NCBI GenBank assembly: GCA_002104945.1
Contig: MCFH01000001.1
Location: forward strand, 1,860,001-1,924,000
Length of the DNA: 64,000 bases
From: Piromyces finnis finn
Taxonomy: Eukaryota > Fungi > Neocallimastigomycota
Direction: 5' to 3'
The position numbers and the translations under genes are program-made. Shown here one piece after another: positions 13,231-29,000 of the stretch. Numbering within the stretch: position 1 is the first letter of the stretch; each line of letters opens with the position of its first letter. The notes below the pieces were generated by a model. That model ran no database searches, was not told where the DNA came from, and saw nothing but the letters and a program-made list of their open reading frames with translations.

Positions 13231-16200
13231 TAATGGTATATAAAGTAAAGAAATAATAACTGATAACCGTAACTTTTTTGAAAAAGTAATAATATAAACA
13301 TATTAAAGGGTTATAATTTTTATTCTATTTTAAAAATTTAATAAATACAAAAAAGATAATATAATATGGACTATATTAAAAAAATAGATGATTTTAGTTT
13401 AAATACTTTTATTTATATTTAAAATTCATGTACAATATATTAAGAATATAATAATATAAACCAATAGTGTTGAAATATAATATATTAGTTTATATTAACA
13501 AATAATTAAAATAATACTAATTTTAATTATTATTATTCTTTTTTCTGTATTTTTTTTAATTTATTATTCATTTTTAATTAAATTAGTTTTAAAAAGAAAA
13601 AAGCCATAATTTTTAGGGATAAAACATTATTGTTATAAAAAGTTATAATAAATATATAACATAATTATATAATTATTAATAATTTGTTCTATTCTTATTT
13701 TTATATATTTTTTCTTTTATTACTATATTAATAAGTAATACAACTATAAGTGTTTAAATATAAAAGATAATTATAAAGATTTTTACTTTTCAATTAATAA
13801 TGTAATTAGTTTTAATCAAAAATAGAATTTTGAAATTTAATTAAACTAGGACTATTAAAATTTGTTGATTTATAATTATCAAGAATAGTTGAAAAAGACT
13901 GATTAAATAAATTAGTCATTGTTTGTTGTAATGTTTAATACAGCACTTTAATTTCTATATATATAAAAAATTAAAGTATAATCATGGTATTGTTCTTTAT
14001 AAAGTATATTAATTAAATAATTTATTAAAATGATTTACTATTTTTTTCAAAAATCAATGAACCGTTCAAGCTTTTTTATAAATTAATTTATTATTATTAT
14101 TTAAGTAAACTAATAATTTTTTAAATTTATAACTTTTAATTTTAGCCAGTTAAAGCTTTATTATTATTCTGATAATAATGATTATAATTATAGTTTCAGT
14201 TATCATTTTTATTATTCATTATGCTTTTTTTTTTTTTTATAATAAAGTTTAGAAGATTTCATGTGATTAATATATTTATTCATATTATTGTTAAAAAAAA
14301 AACGTGTTAAATTTTTTACTTTTAATTTAGGAGGAGAATAGGAAGGTGATAAATGGAATATAGGAAGTTTTTAAAAGAAGCCATAATTTTAAAAGATTTT
14401 TTAAAGGAGAAATAAATTTTAATATATTTATTAAGCTATCTATTTTAAATTATACTACTACTATTACGGATATTAATAATGATGAAATATATAATTTATA
14501 ATAATATTACTTTTAAATAGGTATCAAAACGATATTTAATTTATATATAATAGTTATTATAGTTTAGATAATCCGTTTATATAAATAATTGTAATAATTA
14601 TTATCCCTTATAATTAGTATTATAATAATATAATTTTTTTTATAAAAATATTTGATAAAAATAAATATTTTGATTGACAATAGTAATCCTACTAGAATTA
14701 TTTGTTAAAATTACCATTTTAAGTAAATTAATAACCAATAGGTCATTATTAAATAAACTAATATAATATTTGTCATTTTTTAGACGTATGATCCATTGCT
14801 TTTACCAACAACAATAATAAATTATTTCTTTTTTTTATTTATTTATTATTATTAAAATTTAGACTTTTTATTAATAATATTTATAATAATATTTTTTAAA
14901 CTATAATTAAAAGATATATAATATTATTTTTTTTTAAAAAATAGTAAAAATGGTAATTTTATTTTATATCTATTAAAACAAATTTTATTTAGATTTCGTT
15001 TAATTCTTTTTAGATGGTTATATAGCAAGAATTTCCAAGATAACTACTCTATTAATTATATCATCATAAAATTAATTCTTTTTAACATTTTAATAGTTTG
15101 ATTTTTTTTTTTTGTATTAATGCTTATTGATAATCCCAAATATTAGTCATTAAGGCTTTAATTGTCCCATTCGATTATACTTATTCAAAAATTGCTTTTT
15201 GTTAATAAATAAAAAGATATAATTTAATTAATACAAATTTATCAATATTTAATATTTAAATAGTATATTAATTTAATATTTTAAAAATTTAATTTATTCT
15301 TATATTTAATTATTGAATAAATTGAATTACTCATTTTAATTTTATTTATTACTATTTTTTTAAATATATTTTTTTTTTTAAAATACTTTTTATTAATGAT
15401 TAATATCAGTCATTTCTGTCATTATCAATGTCAATTACTTGTTGAACTAATTAATTATTAAATTTTATTTATTTTTAAAATTAATATTATAAGGTATTGA
15501 TATTTGAATATATATAAATATAAAAAAAGTATTATTACCAATTTTATATATTTTTATTAATTCCTTATTCTAGCCAAATGTATATTCATGTTTATAGTAA
15601 AATATAATCAATCCTTCTACCTGCTCTTATAGTTATCTTTTTTTCTTCTTTATTTATTTAATAAAAAAATGGGATATTTTTTTAATTTATTCTTTTCAAT
15701 TTGGAATTTGTTTTTTTAAAAAAAAGTCTAGATTGTTTTTATTTTATTTCTGAAAAATTTAATATATTTATTCATTATATAAAGTAGACTAAAATAATAC
15801 AATTTAATATATAATGACTTTAATGTAATATATAATACAGAGCCGCCGTATTTAATTGATTTAAATATGGTTAATCCATCGTTTTACTTTAATTTTTTAA
15901 ATGGAGAATGAAAATTATAAATTAAATGATAAATCATAATAAATATATAAAGTTTATACAATATATATATATTAAAGAAATAATAATAATAAGAATAAAA
16001 ATTAATTTCTCTTTATAGAAATTATAATATTTTGTGTTTAATTCCTTTTTATTTTTAGCTTGAATGATGTGCCTATTATTAATTTAGAAATGGTCTAGAG
16101 AGTAAACCTTAACTTTATTTGAAAATACAGTATTGTATTAAAAAAAAAAAAAATAATTAAAAATTATTTCTGAAACATGATAATTATAAAAAATATGTAA

Positions 16201-18734
16201 TATTTTAATTAAATTAAATTAATAATTTTAGGTGATCTTTTTTTTTTTTTTTATTCTATTAGTAATTTTTATTTTTAAAAATGGTGTTTCATTATGAAAT
16301 AAGCCTCTTGTTTTATTTATTGTTTTTAATATTAATCAATTATTTTTTTTTAAAAATCTTGTTATAGGTTATTATTGTTATAAAGTAATAATATTCTATG
16401 TTATTATAGGATCAGATAGTTTTACTATATAAGTGATCATCACTAATAAAAAGTATTCAAAGAGAAAAAACCTTTTAACTATTAATGAAAAAAAGAGAAA
16501 TATTTTTTATTATTATTTATATAATTAAATATATATAAACGAATAGTATTAAGAGTTTACTGAATCGTCCATTCAATTATGTATGATAAAAAAAAACTTT
16601 TTAAATAGGAGAGAGCATAGCCAATAAAAGATAATTCATAAAAAAAATATTTTATTAATGACTACTAATAGACTATGAGTATTTATTGGTAATCTTTTTT
16701 TTTATCAAATAACAATTCTTCTTAAATAATAATTATTACTGCTATTATTTTAAAGAATTTTAATTTACAATGAATTGAAAAGTTATGTGAAAAAAGATAG
16801 AATTGATTTTGGTATATCATTCTAAAGATATTATTAAAGTTCATTATTAGTAATAATGACTTTATACATGATTTTAATTAATATAATGATAATACTTATT
16901 GTTGTATCATTATTGTTCATTCACCCATTACTACAATGATATTTTATTCAATTCTCACTAGTATTTTTATTTTCAAAAAAAAAAAAAATTAGTATTTTTT
17001 TTAATTATTATTCATTAAAATTAATGAATCCTGTACCAATAGAAATTTTCTTTTATCATTTTTATTTTAAAATTTTTTAATTATAAATTTTATTGTTTTA
17101 AATTAATTTGTTTATTTATTTTGCCATTATTGTTATTGTAATCACAATAAATATATAATTTATAATAGAATAATAACATGAAAAGCACTTTATTATTATT
17201 AACAATTTATTTTTATTAAATTTAAACTTTAGGTGTCATCAATTGTTTTAATAAAATGGAGACAGTAAATTAGAATAATAATAAAAAAGAAATTTAATTT
17301 TTTAAAAGATAATACTAATTTTTTTAAAAAAAATAAATTAAAAAAAAAAGCATCTTTAAAGGTCTAGAATCAAAAATTTTTGTGCTTTGTATTTCCTATT
17401 TAGGAAATTTTTTTGATTTTGTTACTTTAAATTAACTTTATTTTTAATTAAACTTTCAATTTAATATATTATTTTTGATACTTATTCCGATATATATCGG
17501 AACCAAAAAATTTTATTTAATTTAATAATAAATGTTATTTTTGGTTCATGAAAACTTTAAATTAATTTTCAACATATTGTTATTAATATATTTTGATTTA
17601 GTATTATCATATAATTTAATATAATCACAATATATATAAAAATTGTTTATGTTAAACTGTAAGTTGTGGAACGTGTAAATAAAAAAGTCTAGACTTTTGT
17701 TTTTTTTTGAGTTAAAAATATCTGTTATCAGTTGATCCTTTATTATCTACCTGTATTATCAAACTAATTAAATTAATATATATTTTAATATATATATAAT
17801 AATAAATATAATATATTTTAATTTATATAATGTCTTTAATTAATATATATTATATAATAATGCTATTATGTTATTATATTTAATTTTTATTTCAATTTTT
17901 AAAGTTTTATTTCAAAATAAAAATAAAAATATATGAAATAAAGTTTTAAATAAGAATTAGAATCTAGACAGTTTTATATTAATAAAAATAAAAAAGGATG
18001 TATCATCCTTTATTTAAATAGTAATAAAAAATTTACATTATTAATTATAATCGTATAAAAATTGCAAATGACTTTTAAATGCCTTTAACTTCTCATAACA
18101 ATATAGCTTTGCATCAATAAAGCATTTAAAACGAATTATAACTATTTAAAGTGCATTATTTATTTGGAACAAAAACAAACTGTAAGTAAAAAAAGAATTT
18201 TTATTATTAAATAGGGTTCGTATATCTCTTAAAAAAATAAAACCATTCTAGCTTGTTTAAAAAAAATAATTGAAGTATTGTATAATATATTATTTTATTT
18301 TAAATTTCTGTATTTTCTATTATAGGATATATTATTTCTACTTTTTTTATTATAAATTAGTATGGGAAAAAGATGTTTTAAAAGAAAAAGTAAATATTAT
18401 TAGCAATATATCCCTTATAAAAATAAGAATCATAATAGATTATAAAAAATATAGCTGAATTATTTTCTTTTTTTATTTAAAATATATAACCTTTTATTTT
18501 TAATTTTTATTTTGATTTAAAGTTTAAAATGTTTATTTTCATTAATATTTAAAGTTTTATTTTTGGAACAAAAAATATAAAAGAATTAATTTTTTAATGA
18601 TAATTTATTTTAATATAAACTAATATTAGTATAATTATATAAAAGTAATTAAATTTATTTAAAATAGACGATAGGTAACACACAATGAGTAATAATAGTA
18701 ACGCAGATAATATTAATAAAACCACTTATTGATA

Positions 18735-18818
18735 AATTGGTTAATAAACATAATAATAATAAACATAATAGTAAACATAATAGTAAACATAATAATAATA
18801 ATAATAATAATAATAAAC

Positions 18819-18913
<95 letters not shown>

Positions 18914-18959
18914 CATAATAATAATAAACATAATAATAATAAACATAATAATAATAAAC

Positions 18960-19048
<89 letters not shown>

Positions 19049-19085
19049 CATAATAATAATAATAAACATAATAATAATAAATAAG
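18735..19085. repeat. Compound (AAT)n satellite with AAACAT interruptions
   Basis: Direct reading; immediately followed by a TCTAGAC-ttttg-GTCTAGA hairpin. Confidence 0.95.
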
Positions 19086-21977
19086 ATAATGACAAATTAA
19101 ATATCTAGACTTTTGGTCTAGATTTTTATAATAAGTAATAATAACATAATAACAAAATATAAATGAATGAATGAATGAATAAATAATTAAATGAATGAAT
19201 GAATTAATAAATAGAAATTATATAAAAAGTATATACATTTTTTCAACTTCATACTGCTGCTTACACATTTAATAAGATAAATTTCCTTTTCTTTTTATAC
19301 ATTAATAATCAAACTTTATTTCATTAAAATTACTTTTTTTTTTCTACCGTTAACATTAGGAAAATAAAAAGAATGAAGTTTTAATTCAGGATATAACTTG
19401 GAAAATACAATAAACTTTTAATATTAGTAAAATAATAAAAAAAAGGAAAATTTCAAAAATTCTGTATAATTTTTAATTCATTGTTATAAATTTAAATAAA
19501 TATAGAAATTAAATTTTAATATTATTTTTCTTTTTTTTTTTTTTTGTTATTACTATTATCTTTATTATTATAGTTTTTTTACTATTATTTATTCCCCCTT
19601 TAAAATAAAAATAAGAGTCTGGAATTTTTTTTTTTTAAAAACTTCTCTTTTATAATAGTTAATTAAATAATATACGAATAGTATAATTTTATATATTAAT
19701 AAAATTCATTTTTAAGTTGATTTTAATTCAATACAGATAATATTCATTTTGTATCCAGCTGAAATAATAATATTAAATTCTTTTCTCATCAAAATAATAC
19801 TAAACAGTTATTTGTCTATATAATTAATTGTTTCATATTATGGATTAATTGGTTATACAGTAAATATTTTGTTATGAATTAACATATATAGTAATTTTCC
19901 ATATATTATAAATTAAAGTTTTAAATTTTAATTAATATATTTCTAAACAATTTTTTTCATGGACTAGAGATCTAGATTTTTTTAATGTTTTTTTTAAAAA
20001 ATAAATAAAACTAAATTAAAAATATTTAATACAATATATTAAATATATTCAAAAAATAAATTATTATAATATATTCATTTATAATCAAATTATTCCACTA
20101 TGATATGGTCTACTTAACTTTAATTCATAATTAATATGGATCATAATAGTAAATTATTCAATATTAATTTTAGTATTATCAATTGGATTTAGGTCTAGAT
20201 TTTTTTGAAAAAAATAAAACCTTATTAATGATTTATTCATCATTTAATTTTATGTATTATTCATTAATAAAGTTTTTATTTATTGATAAGGCTTTTTTCT
20301 TTTCAAGTGGATAGTTTTGTTGTTGTTGTTGCTGTTGTTGTTATGATAGATTGATAAAAGAGCTATAATATAGTGGTTATTTTACATTTAAATTATATTT
20401 TTAGAACGGTAATAAAAATTCAAAAGTACAGATGACAAAACCTAACATAAAATAATAAATGTCATATTGATGAAATGACGATGAGAATAATTAGAAAGAG
20501 TACAAATGATTATTATCCATCATTCATAACAATAATAATTTACTATTATTATTTACTATTATTATTTATTTATTATTATTATTTAAAAATTTCATTATAG
20601 TTTTTAATTAATTTATTAAGATGATTTAATTCTCCATATATTAAAATAATATTAAAGATTTTTTTTAAAAAAAAAGTCTAGACCAAATTTTTTTTTAAAA
20701 ATTTTAACATTTAATTTTATTGGTGAAATGGCAATAATTAAAATAATTATTAATAGTTAGTGACAGATGAACTTTTCAATATAGTCATAATAATAATAAC
20801 TATTTAGAAAAATCGTATAAAGAAAAGGGATTAAAGAATAGTATTCAAAATACATTTTTTTCCTTTTTTATTCTTATTCGTAGTCATGCATGTACTATAA
20901 TTGATCATCACTAACCTTTTTAATGTCATAAAGTTCATTATTTATAAAATTTACGAATGATATAATTCATAGTTTTCTATTTCCTTATCTATCATTTACT
21001 TTTTAAATCAATGAAGAAGCGGTAATATTTTTTTTAATAATAGTGTTCAAGTTGAGTGTTTTTTAAAAAAAGGATGATAATACTTATTATTATTCTATAT
21101 TATTTTTAATATTATATTTTAACATATAAAAAGTTTTAAGGTTGACTATCCTGAACCTGGACCTCAATTTTTTTTATTATTGTAAAAAAATAAAAAATAG
21201 CATTCTTACTATTATTTTAAATTTTAATTAAAATTTTGATATTTTTTTTTTATTATTCCACATCAAATTTTCCTTTTTTTTATAAATCATTACTATTATA
21301 GTATAATGAATAATAAATAAAATTTCATTGTTTAAATATATATGATTATATAAATTTCATTCATTACAACAGAATGAAAAATAAATTAATATATTAGCTA
21401 TTATACATTATACTAATATATTTTAATATAAATTGGTATTTAAAATAATATATTTAATACTATATATGAAAAGTTAAAATAATTTAAACAATTGCAAAGA
21501 TATTAATATACATATATATTCTAATATATATAAGCTATATTTATTATTCATTATAATAATATAATTTAAAAATATAATAAATAAATAAAAAAGTTTAATT
21601 TATATTAAAAAATGGATACCATGAATTATATAGTCAATAAATTACAATTCAATTGCCAATTACACTACAATATATTGTGATAAATACATATAACCATATA
21701 ATACAATATATTAATATATGAATACAATTTTTAATTTATTTTATTAATTTTATTGTGGTATAATAATAGTTGAGAATTTCAAATGAAAAAAAAGTATAAA
21801 AAGTTCAAAATTTCATTCTAAATTTTTTTTTTAATTCATTCAATTTTATAGTATTAAAATCATTATAAAATAATATCTTTTAAAAAAAAATTTAAAGTGT
21901 ATTATTAAAAAATAACAAAAGATTAAATTAAAACTTTTTATAATTTTGAAATATAATTTTTAAATTAATAAACAAAA

Positions 21978-22613
21978 ATGTGCAATACTCCAGTTGATAC
22001 TTATGTTCATTTACCATCTCCACCATTATCTCCATTCCGCAGTTGCGAAAATGGTTTAATTGAATCATTTATTTGTAACGATATGGGTATTCAATATAAG
22101 GATTTAAAAATGATGGAAAATGTCATTAATTCTCCAATTGAATACGCTAATACTTTTGTTGAACCAAAACAAGATGAATTAAGAACTAAATTTATGAATA
22201 TGAAAGAAGAAGGTGTTCAAGTTAATGGTGAACTTGTTCCATATTCATACTTTGTTCAAAAATTACATAGTCTTGGTAACAATGTTATCAATAAGCAAAC
22301 AAAAGATGCTGTTCCACTTCGTGTCTATGAATCTGGCAAAGAAACTTTCCAAGATTTCTGGGTTCATCCAATATTCCTTTCATTACAATCTTTCCAATTC
22401 TACAAGCTTTTCGAAGAAATTAAGAAGAACAATGAACAAGGCATAATTGAAATTGAAGTACCATCTCTTAATGCTTTTCCAATTGTTCTCTATTGGATAT
22501 ATACTGGCAATATGACTAAGCTTTTAGAAGTTGCAAAAATAAACAACTCTTTATGTAAGGGAATCATTGTTACTATTCAATATTTGGAACTTGATATGTC
22601 TGAAATCTACTAA
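21978..22613 (+). CDS. Intronless BTB/POZ-like domain protein, 211 aa
   Basis: Clean ORF with coding-like GC in an AT desert. The C-terminal half reads FWVHPIFLSLQSFQFYKLF...IEIEVPSLNAFPIVLYWIYTG, matching the BTB pattern F.VH..iL...S.yF..lf...i.l....f..lL.yiYTG. Confidence 0.75.
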   Translation: MCNTPVDTYVHLPSPPLSPFRSCENGLIESFICNDMGIQYKDLKMMENVINSPIEYANTFVEPKQDELRTKFMNMKEEGVQVNGELVPYSYFVQKLHSLGNNVINKQTKDAVPLRVYESGKETFQDFWVHPIFLSLQSFQFYKLFEEIKKNNEQGIIEIEVPSLNAFPIVLYWIYTGNMTKLLEVAKINNSLCKGIIVTIQYLELDMSEIY

Positions 22614-25600
22614 ATTTCGAATTAATTACCTATCTTTGCAACATAAATATTATCATAATTATCTTATATATCCATATTTATCAATTTTGAAATCTTGGTT
22701 ATAAAATAATGAATAATTTATAACATAATACCCATTTCAAAAGCGTTTTTCTTTTAATATATTATTACTATTTTTAAGTATTAAAAATTATCTTTAGAAT
22801 TATTTAACTTATCTATTATGTAAATATTTTAATTATTTAAAAAAAATAAAAATAAAAGTATAAAATATTAAAAAAAAAAAAAAAGATGGTATTAAAATTT
22901 TGTGTTTAAAAATTTGTAAAGTAAATTTTTATAAATGAGGCAATTATAAAATTATATTTTAATTACTACATTAATTTGATGATGTATATAAGAGAAGGTT
23001 TAGGGACATAAAAAGTGTATATATGGTAATTTAAATTTTATAAATTATAAATGAATATATGGCAAAGTTTGAAATTAAAAAAAAAATTTGTTTATGTATT
23101 TAAAATTTTTAAAGTTTACATAAAAAATGCGAAAAGTTAAAACAATATACTTTTAAAAAAGAATAAAAACTATATGATAAATTAATTAAGTTTTTTTTAT
23201 AAATAGCAAGAAAGGAACAATATTAAGTGTAAAAAGCCAAATGAAATATTTTCATAATCATAATAGATAATGAATTATGTTTATTACTATTTATAATCTC
23301 TTTTATAAAGTAATAAAAAAGAATACTACTACAAATGGGTAGTTAATTTTAAAGTTGAAATTGTAATTAATAATTAAAAGTTATAGAAAAAAAAAATAAT
23401 AATCAGGCATAATATTAATTATTTTTATTTATAAACTTTCTTTAATTTTAGATAAACTTGAAAATAAGTAACAATTTTCTTATCAACTTTAAAATTACCA
23501 TTACTTGTACTGTTTTAGTTATTGTGGTAATGAACAAAAGATATATTTATGATAATTTCTTTTTTTTTTTTTCTAATTCTTATAAAGTGATTATCTAATA
23601 ATATAATAAACTGGAATCATTAACTTTTTGTAAATTATCTATAGTAAAAGAATTTTATCAACATAAAACAGAAAAATATTAATATGATGATGACTTTGAT
23701 TTAAATTTAACATGATTGATTTAAATTCTTATAACTATTAATATAAAATTTTATTTTATTATAATGATACTGAAATAGAACTATAGATAGACTAAGAAAA
23801 ATATAATAGAAAATGAAAGATTTTAAGATGCTTATTAAATTTTAATTAATACATAAAAAAAAAAAAAAGTGTAAAATAAAAACTTTTTTATTTACTATTA
23901 CATCATTAAATAATAGTAACTATCATTAATTTATATTTATGAATAATAATTAATTTAATGATGTAAAAGATTATTAAAGTGGTTAAACTGTATACAAAAT
24001 AAACTATTTGATTTATATATAGTATGGAAATAGTATATATAAAAGTTAAAATACAGTTTTTAATTATTAAAGTTTTAATTAAATTGAAACAATATAAAAA
24101 TTCTTTAATGAAATAAAACTTTTTTTTATTTATTGATTTTTAATTTTTTTTTAAAAAAAGCTAATATCATTTTATTAATTTTTAAATTAATGAATAAAAA
24201 AAAAAAAAAAGCGTGTAGAATGATGAGTAACCATATTCTTATTATATACTGAAAATTTCACACTTTATTTTTTATTTTATTCTAAAAAAATACATTTAAA
24301 AACAAAATTTAAATTATTATTAAAAAATAAAAAAAAAAAATAAAGGTAAAGAATTAAAAATTCATAATACATTATAATTATGTAAAATCTTTTGCACAAT
24401 AAAAAATAGTAATACTACTTGTATAAATAGTTAAGATATATCGTTAAGTACAAAAATACACTATATTATAAAAGAAGCATGGATTTTTTTTTTTAAATGA
24501 TATTTTTTTTTATGGTTAAATATATTTAGGTTGTGTAATAAAAATAATAAATACTTTTAATTAAGTGGCACTTTTTTTTTTTTAATTAAATGTCATTTTA
24601 TTACCAATAAGGAATAGTTAGCTGCAATTGATGATTATTGAATTGATGATATTATTTTATTATTAAATAAAAAGAATTTTTGATATTTGATATAAGAAGA
24701 AAAAAGTAAAATATTTTAAAGTTTAATTTAAAAAATTACTAAATATGGTGAAAATGAATTTTTTTTTTAAAGTTTCAAAAATAAAAGTAAAATGACATAT
24801 AATGATGGTTTGCTTTAATTATTTTTTTTTTTTAAATTGATAATTTTTTATTTTATTAAAAATTAAAGCAAACTATCATTTTATGTCATTTCACTTTTTT
24901 TTTTTTTTTAAATTCTTAAAACTAAAATAAAAAGTTTTATTTTAATTTTCAGAATTTATATAATTTATACAATTAATCATCATTAATAACTCATTTTTCA
25001 TAATTACAAAATGTAAATCTTTACTGTAATAGTAAAAATCCTGTATTATATATATATATATATTTTTTTTTAACTCATATTTTATATATTTTTTATATTA
25101 TTGACAATCTTATATATAATACTGCTTTTTTTTCTTTATTTTTAATATGTTAAAAAATATTTTTAAAAGTTTTAAAATATATTATTATTATGAGTAGAAG
25201 AATACTAATAAATATAGATTTCGTTATAGATAATATAAATAAAATTTTAATCTAATAATGATGTTAAAATGCTGTTATTTATATATGTATAATAGTTAAA
25301 AATATTAAATTATTAATAATAGTTTTCATAAATTAAATTAATATTTACTTCACATTAATACCATAATTATTTATCATTTATTATATAGCATATTGAATAA
25401 TGGATATTTTAAATATTTTTAAGGATACAATCTTAATTCAAACAATATGAGAATATAATCCTAAATAAAATGATATTTACCAATAAAAAAAGAATTAATA
25501 ATAATACTATAAATATGCCGTTTAGGTAAAAATTTTTAATTTCAATTTTTTTGGGCGGTTATTATTTTTACCAATATAAAAATTTCAATAAAATATAATA

Positions 25601-26068
25601 ATAATAAAAAAATAATAACCAATGACCTTTTCGTAAAAAATAAACGTATTTTATAATGATTTTTATTTTTAAATTCTTATTAAATTTATTTAAAAGACAA
25701 CCATTTTTAATTAATAAAATAATCATCATGTCTTTTATATACTAATTATTATTTACTAGATATTGTAAATATTGAGTTTATATCAAAATATTATACTTTT
25801 TTTTTTTTATACAAAAATCAATTTTAAACTGTTATTTAAAAATTTGATTATTTCTATTTTATTTTATTTAAATTTATTTTATTTTTATTTGATCTATATT
25901 ACACTTTTTATTATTATTTTCATTAGATTATTAGTATATTATAAAGGTATCATATTATATAATAAATAATCATGATATGGTCAGAATTTTAATATTTTAA
26001 AAGAAAAGTATTTACTTTCGGCGGAATATTTTTTTTCGGTTTGAGTTTATTATATATTTTAAACATGT

Positions 26069-29000
26069 TTAATCCTATCAAAGAAAGAAAAAAGAATAAA
26101 TAGATATTAGTTATGTTGCATATTATATTCATCATCATTATTATTATTATTATTTTTTAAAAAAAATGATAATGTTAAAAAAAAATAATTCTTTAAACTT
26201 ATTTTTACCCATTCATCATCATCTAAACCTTCCATTTTATCTTGTTCTAAATCACTATCGGATTCATCAGAATTATCATCATCAACTACTCTAGCCATTA
26301 ATTGATTAACAAATTCATCCTTTGCACTAAGATTTGATTTATCATCAGCTTTACGAATTAAATGGGCTGTACTCTTTACAACCTTTGCTGTGTTATTTTC
26401 TGTTACTGAAAAAAAAAAAAAATAGGATATGAGAAATAAAGATATTTGTTACAATACCATATTTTTGGAAAAAAAAATATATAAATAATCTTTTTTTGTT
26501 AATGTATTTCTATTAAACTTACAAGGTTTCATGCCTTCTGGACAAAGGTTAATAGTATTCAATGGTTTCCATTGTCCTTGTTTCCATTCATCGATAGTCA
26601 TCGATGGTTGTTCCATGTCTCGTGTTAGTGGGAAAAGATCGTCTTGGAAGAATTCTGTTTTTATTCTTGGAACAACAAATGAAATGCATTTTATACTATC
26701 TTTACTAACTACCCATGCTTTATTAACTTCTACCTTGGCAATATCTAAATACTTTTTATTATCAAAGGTAATACCTTGTTGAATGGATTCTGTATTAATC
26801 TTAAGAAGAGAACGACAACATGGTTCTTGATCTTCTAAAAATTCATAAATCTTTATATTTGATTCACCACGACCATAAAGATAAATTAAATTAGTATCTT
26901 CATCAAAGTATACACATAAAAGACTAGAAGATAAATCAATGCTAAGGGTTGTTAATGGTTTAGAAAGATCATTTTCATCATATATTTTGATTTCTTGATG
27001 GGATTGTCTAGATATTTATTTTTACCCATAATAATAATAATAAAAAGATTTTTTTTTTTTAAATGATTAAAATAAAAAATTATTTATTAATTATTTATTA
27101 TTGAATTTATTTCATAAAAATCAAATTAAATTATATATATATATATAATTTAAAGAATAAAAAGCTTATTTTTTTTTTCTTTTATAACAATCTCGTAATT
27201 TTATTTATGTTATAAAGTTATACCTATCAAAACCAACAGAGAGTACTTTTCCGCTTTTACCTAACCATCTTACTCTTCCCTTATTACTTTCATTAGCAAT
27301 GCCTTCCTTTAAAATTTCACCCTTTATCATATCAATGATTCTAAGTTTCTTATCACGACATATTGTTGCTAATTTTGTACCGTCATAATTCCATGAGGCA
27401 TTCAAGATAAAATCTGGATGGGTAATTTTATCTTCATGTTCTGTGAATACTTCTTGCTTTGTTTGAATATTTAATAACTTTAAAATTGTAGAACCTAGAA
27501 TATATTATTATTATTATTATTATTATTATTTTAATATTTAAGGACGTTATCAATAAAATAATAAAGGTGTTTATAATACACATATTATAATATACTGTAT
27601 TTTATAATAGTAATATAATATCTTTCGTTACATAAAAATATTTTATTACCTGTACAAACATCATAACCTCCAACTAAAACTAAATTTTCTACTAATGGAT
27701 TAAACTCAATTAAAGTAGTTTTACTACTGAATACTGTAATAAATTGTTATTTAATTATTTAAAAAAATATGTATGAAGATATTAAAATATTTTTTCATTT
27801 TTATATATTTTCATTTATGAATTAATTTATAGAATTTAAATTTCCATACATGAAAAGGTATAATCTGGCTCAGTAAGATTTTCAGTTAAACCATTATCTG
27901 GTATAGTCCATATTTGAACATTGCCATTTTCATTACCCTATATTATCCAAAAACACAATTATATTTTATTATAATAAAATAAGTAATTAAATAAATATAT
28001 ATGTATTATATTTATTCATAATAAATAACTTACAGTTATTAACATATTTTGGGAAAATGGATTGAATTTATAATAGGTCATATTGGAACCACAAACTACA
28101 CAATTCATTGTAGCCGGAATTCTTCCACTTTCTCTTGTTTTTAAAATAGCGATTCTACCACCTGGTCCATTAATTGGAATTGCTAATTGTTTTATATATA
28201 TTCATAATAATTTAAAATTATATATAATTGATTCATAGGCATAATTATAGTTTTTTTTTTTTTTTTTTTTTTTTTTTATTTTGTAAATATTATTTTTTAT
28301 TTATTATAAATTGATTTATAGTTACCTATAAATTTATTATTAGCTTCAATACCATCAATTTCATTGGTTAAGTTATCCCTTTAAATTAAATTGTTAAATA
28401 ATAACCTTTTAGACTTTGTATTATCAATATTGTATATAATAATAATGATGATGTATTTATTTATAAGTATTAAATACTATTTTTTATTACCAGTAACCAT
28501 TAAGATTATCATATTGAAGCTTAACTTTACCGCTCATAAATCTATAAGAGGAAGCTTGAGCACCAAACTTCATAGAAATGTTAGCAGCAGGTGCTGCTGC
28601 TGGTTCATCATCCTTATCTCTAACCGATATGTTATTATTAACATTAACTGAAGATCCTGAACGATTTAATGGATTAGCACGTTTATTAATAGAATCAGAG
28701 CTATTGTTTAATGGATTAGCACGTCTATTAATAGAATCAGAACTGTTGTTTAATGGATTAGCACGTCTATTAATGGAATCAGAACTGCTGTTTAATGGAT
28801 TAACTTTCTTAGTAATGGATTCTGTACTACTGTTATTACTATTATCGATTAAATTAGATTTAGAGCTTAATGGATTTGCTCTAGATGGAACTGTAGCCCC
28901 TAAAGACACCTTAACTGGCATTACTGGTCCGGATGGTACTTGGGTAACAGGTACAGAGTCAGTTGGAGTAGCTACACATGAAGCAGAGATCTTTGGTTTG

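Noticed and set aside
20300-20530. Slightly GC-richer stretch with a GTT repeat and a short hydrophobic minus-strand frame
   Set aside because: All frames are closed by stops and no consistent splice model or motif was found; at most an unidentifiable relic.
24211-24263. ATGATGA...CTGA with a weak terminal stem (C/D snoRNA-like)
   Set aside because: The boxes are only ~23 nt apart, too short for a eukaryotic C/D snoRNA, and no guide complementarity was recognised.
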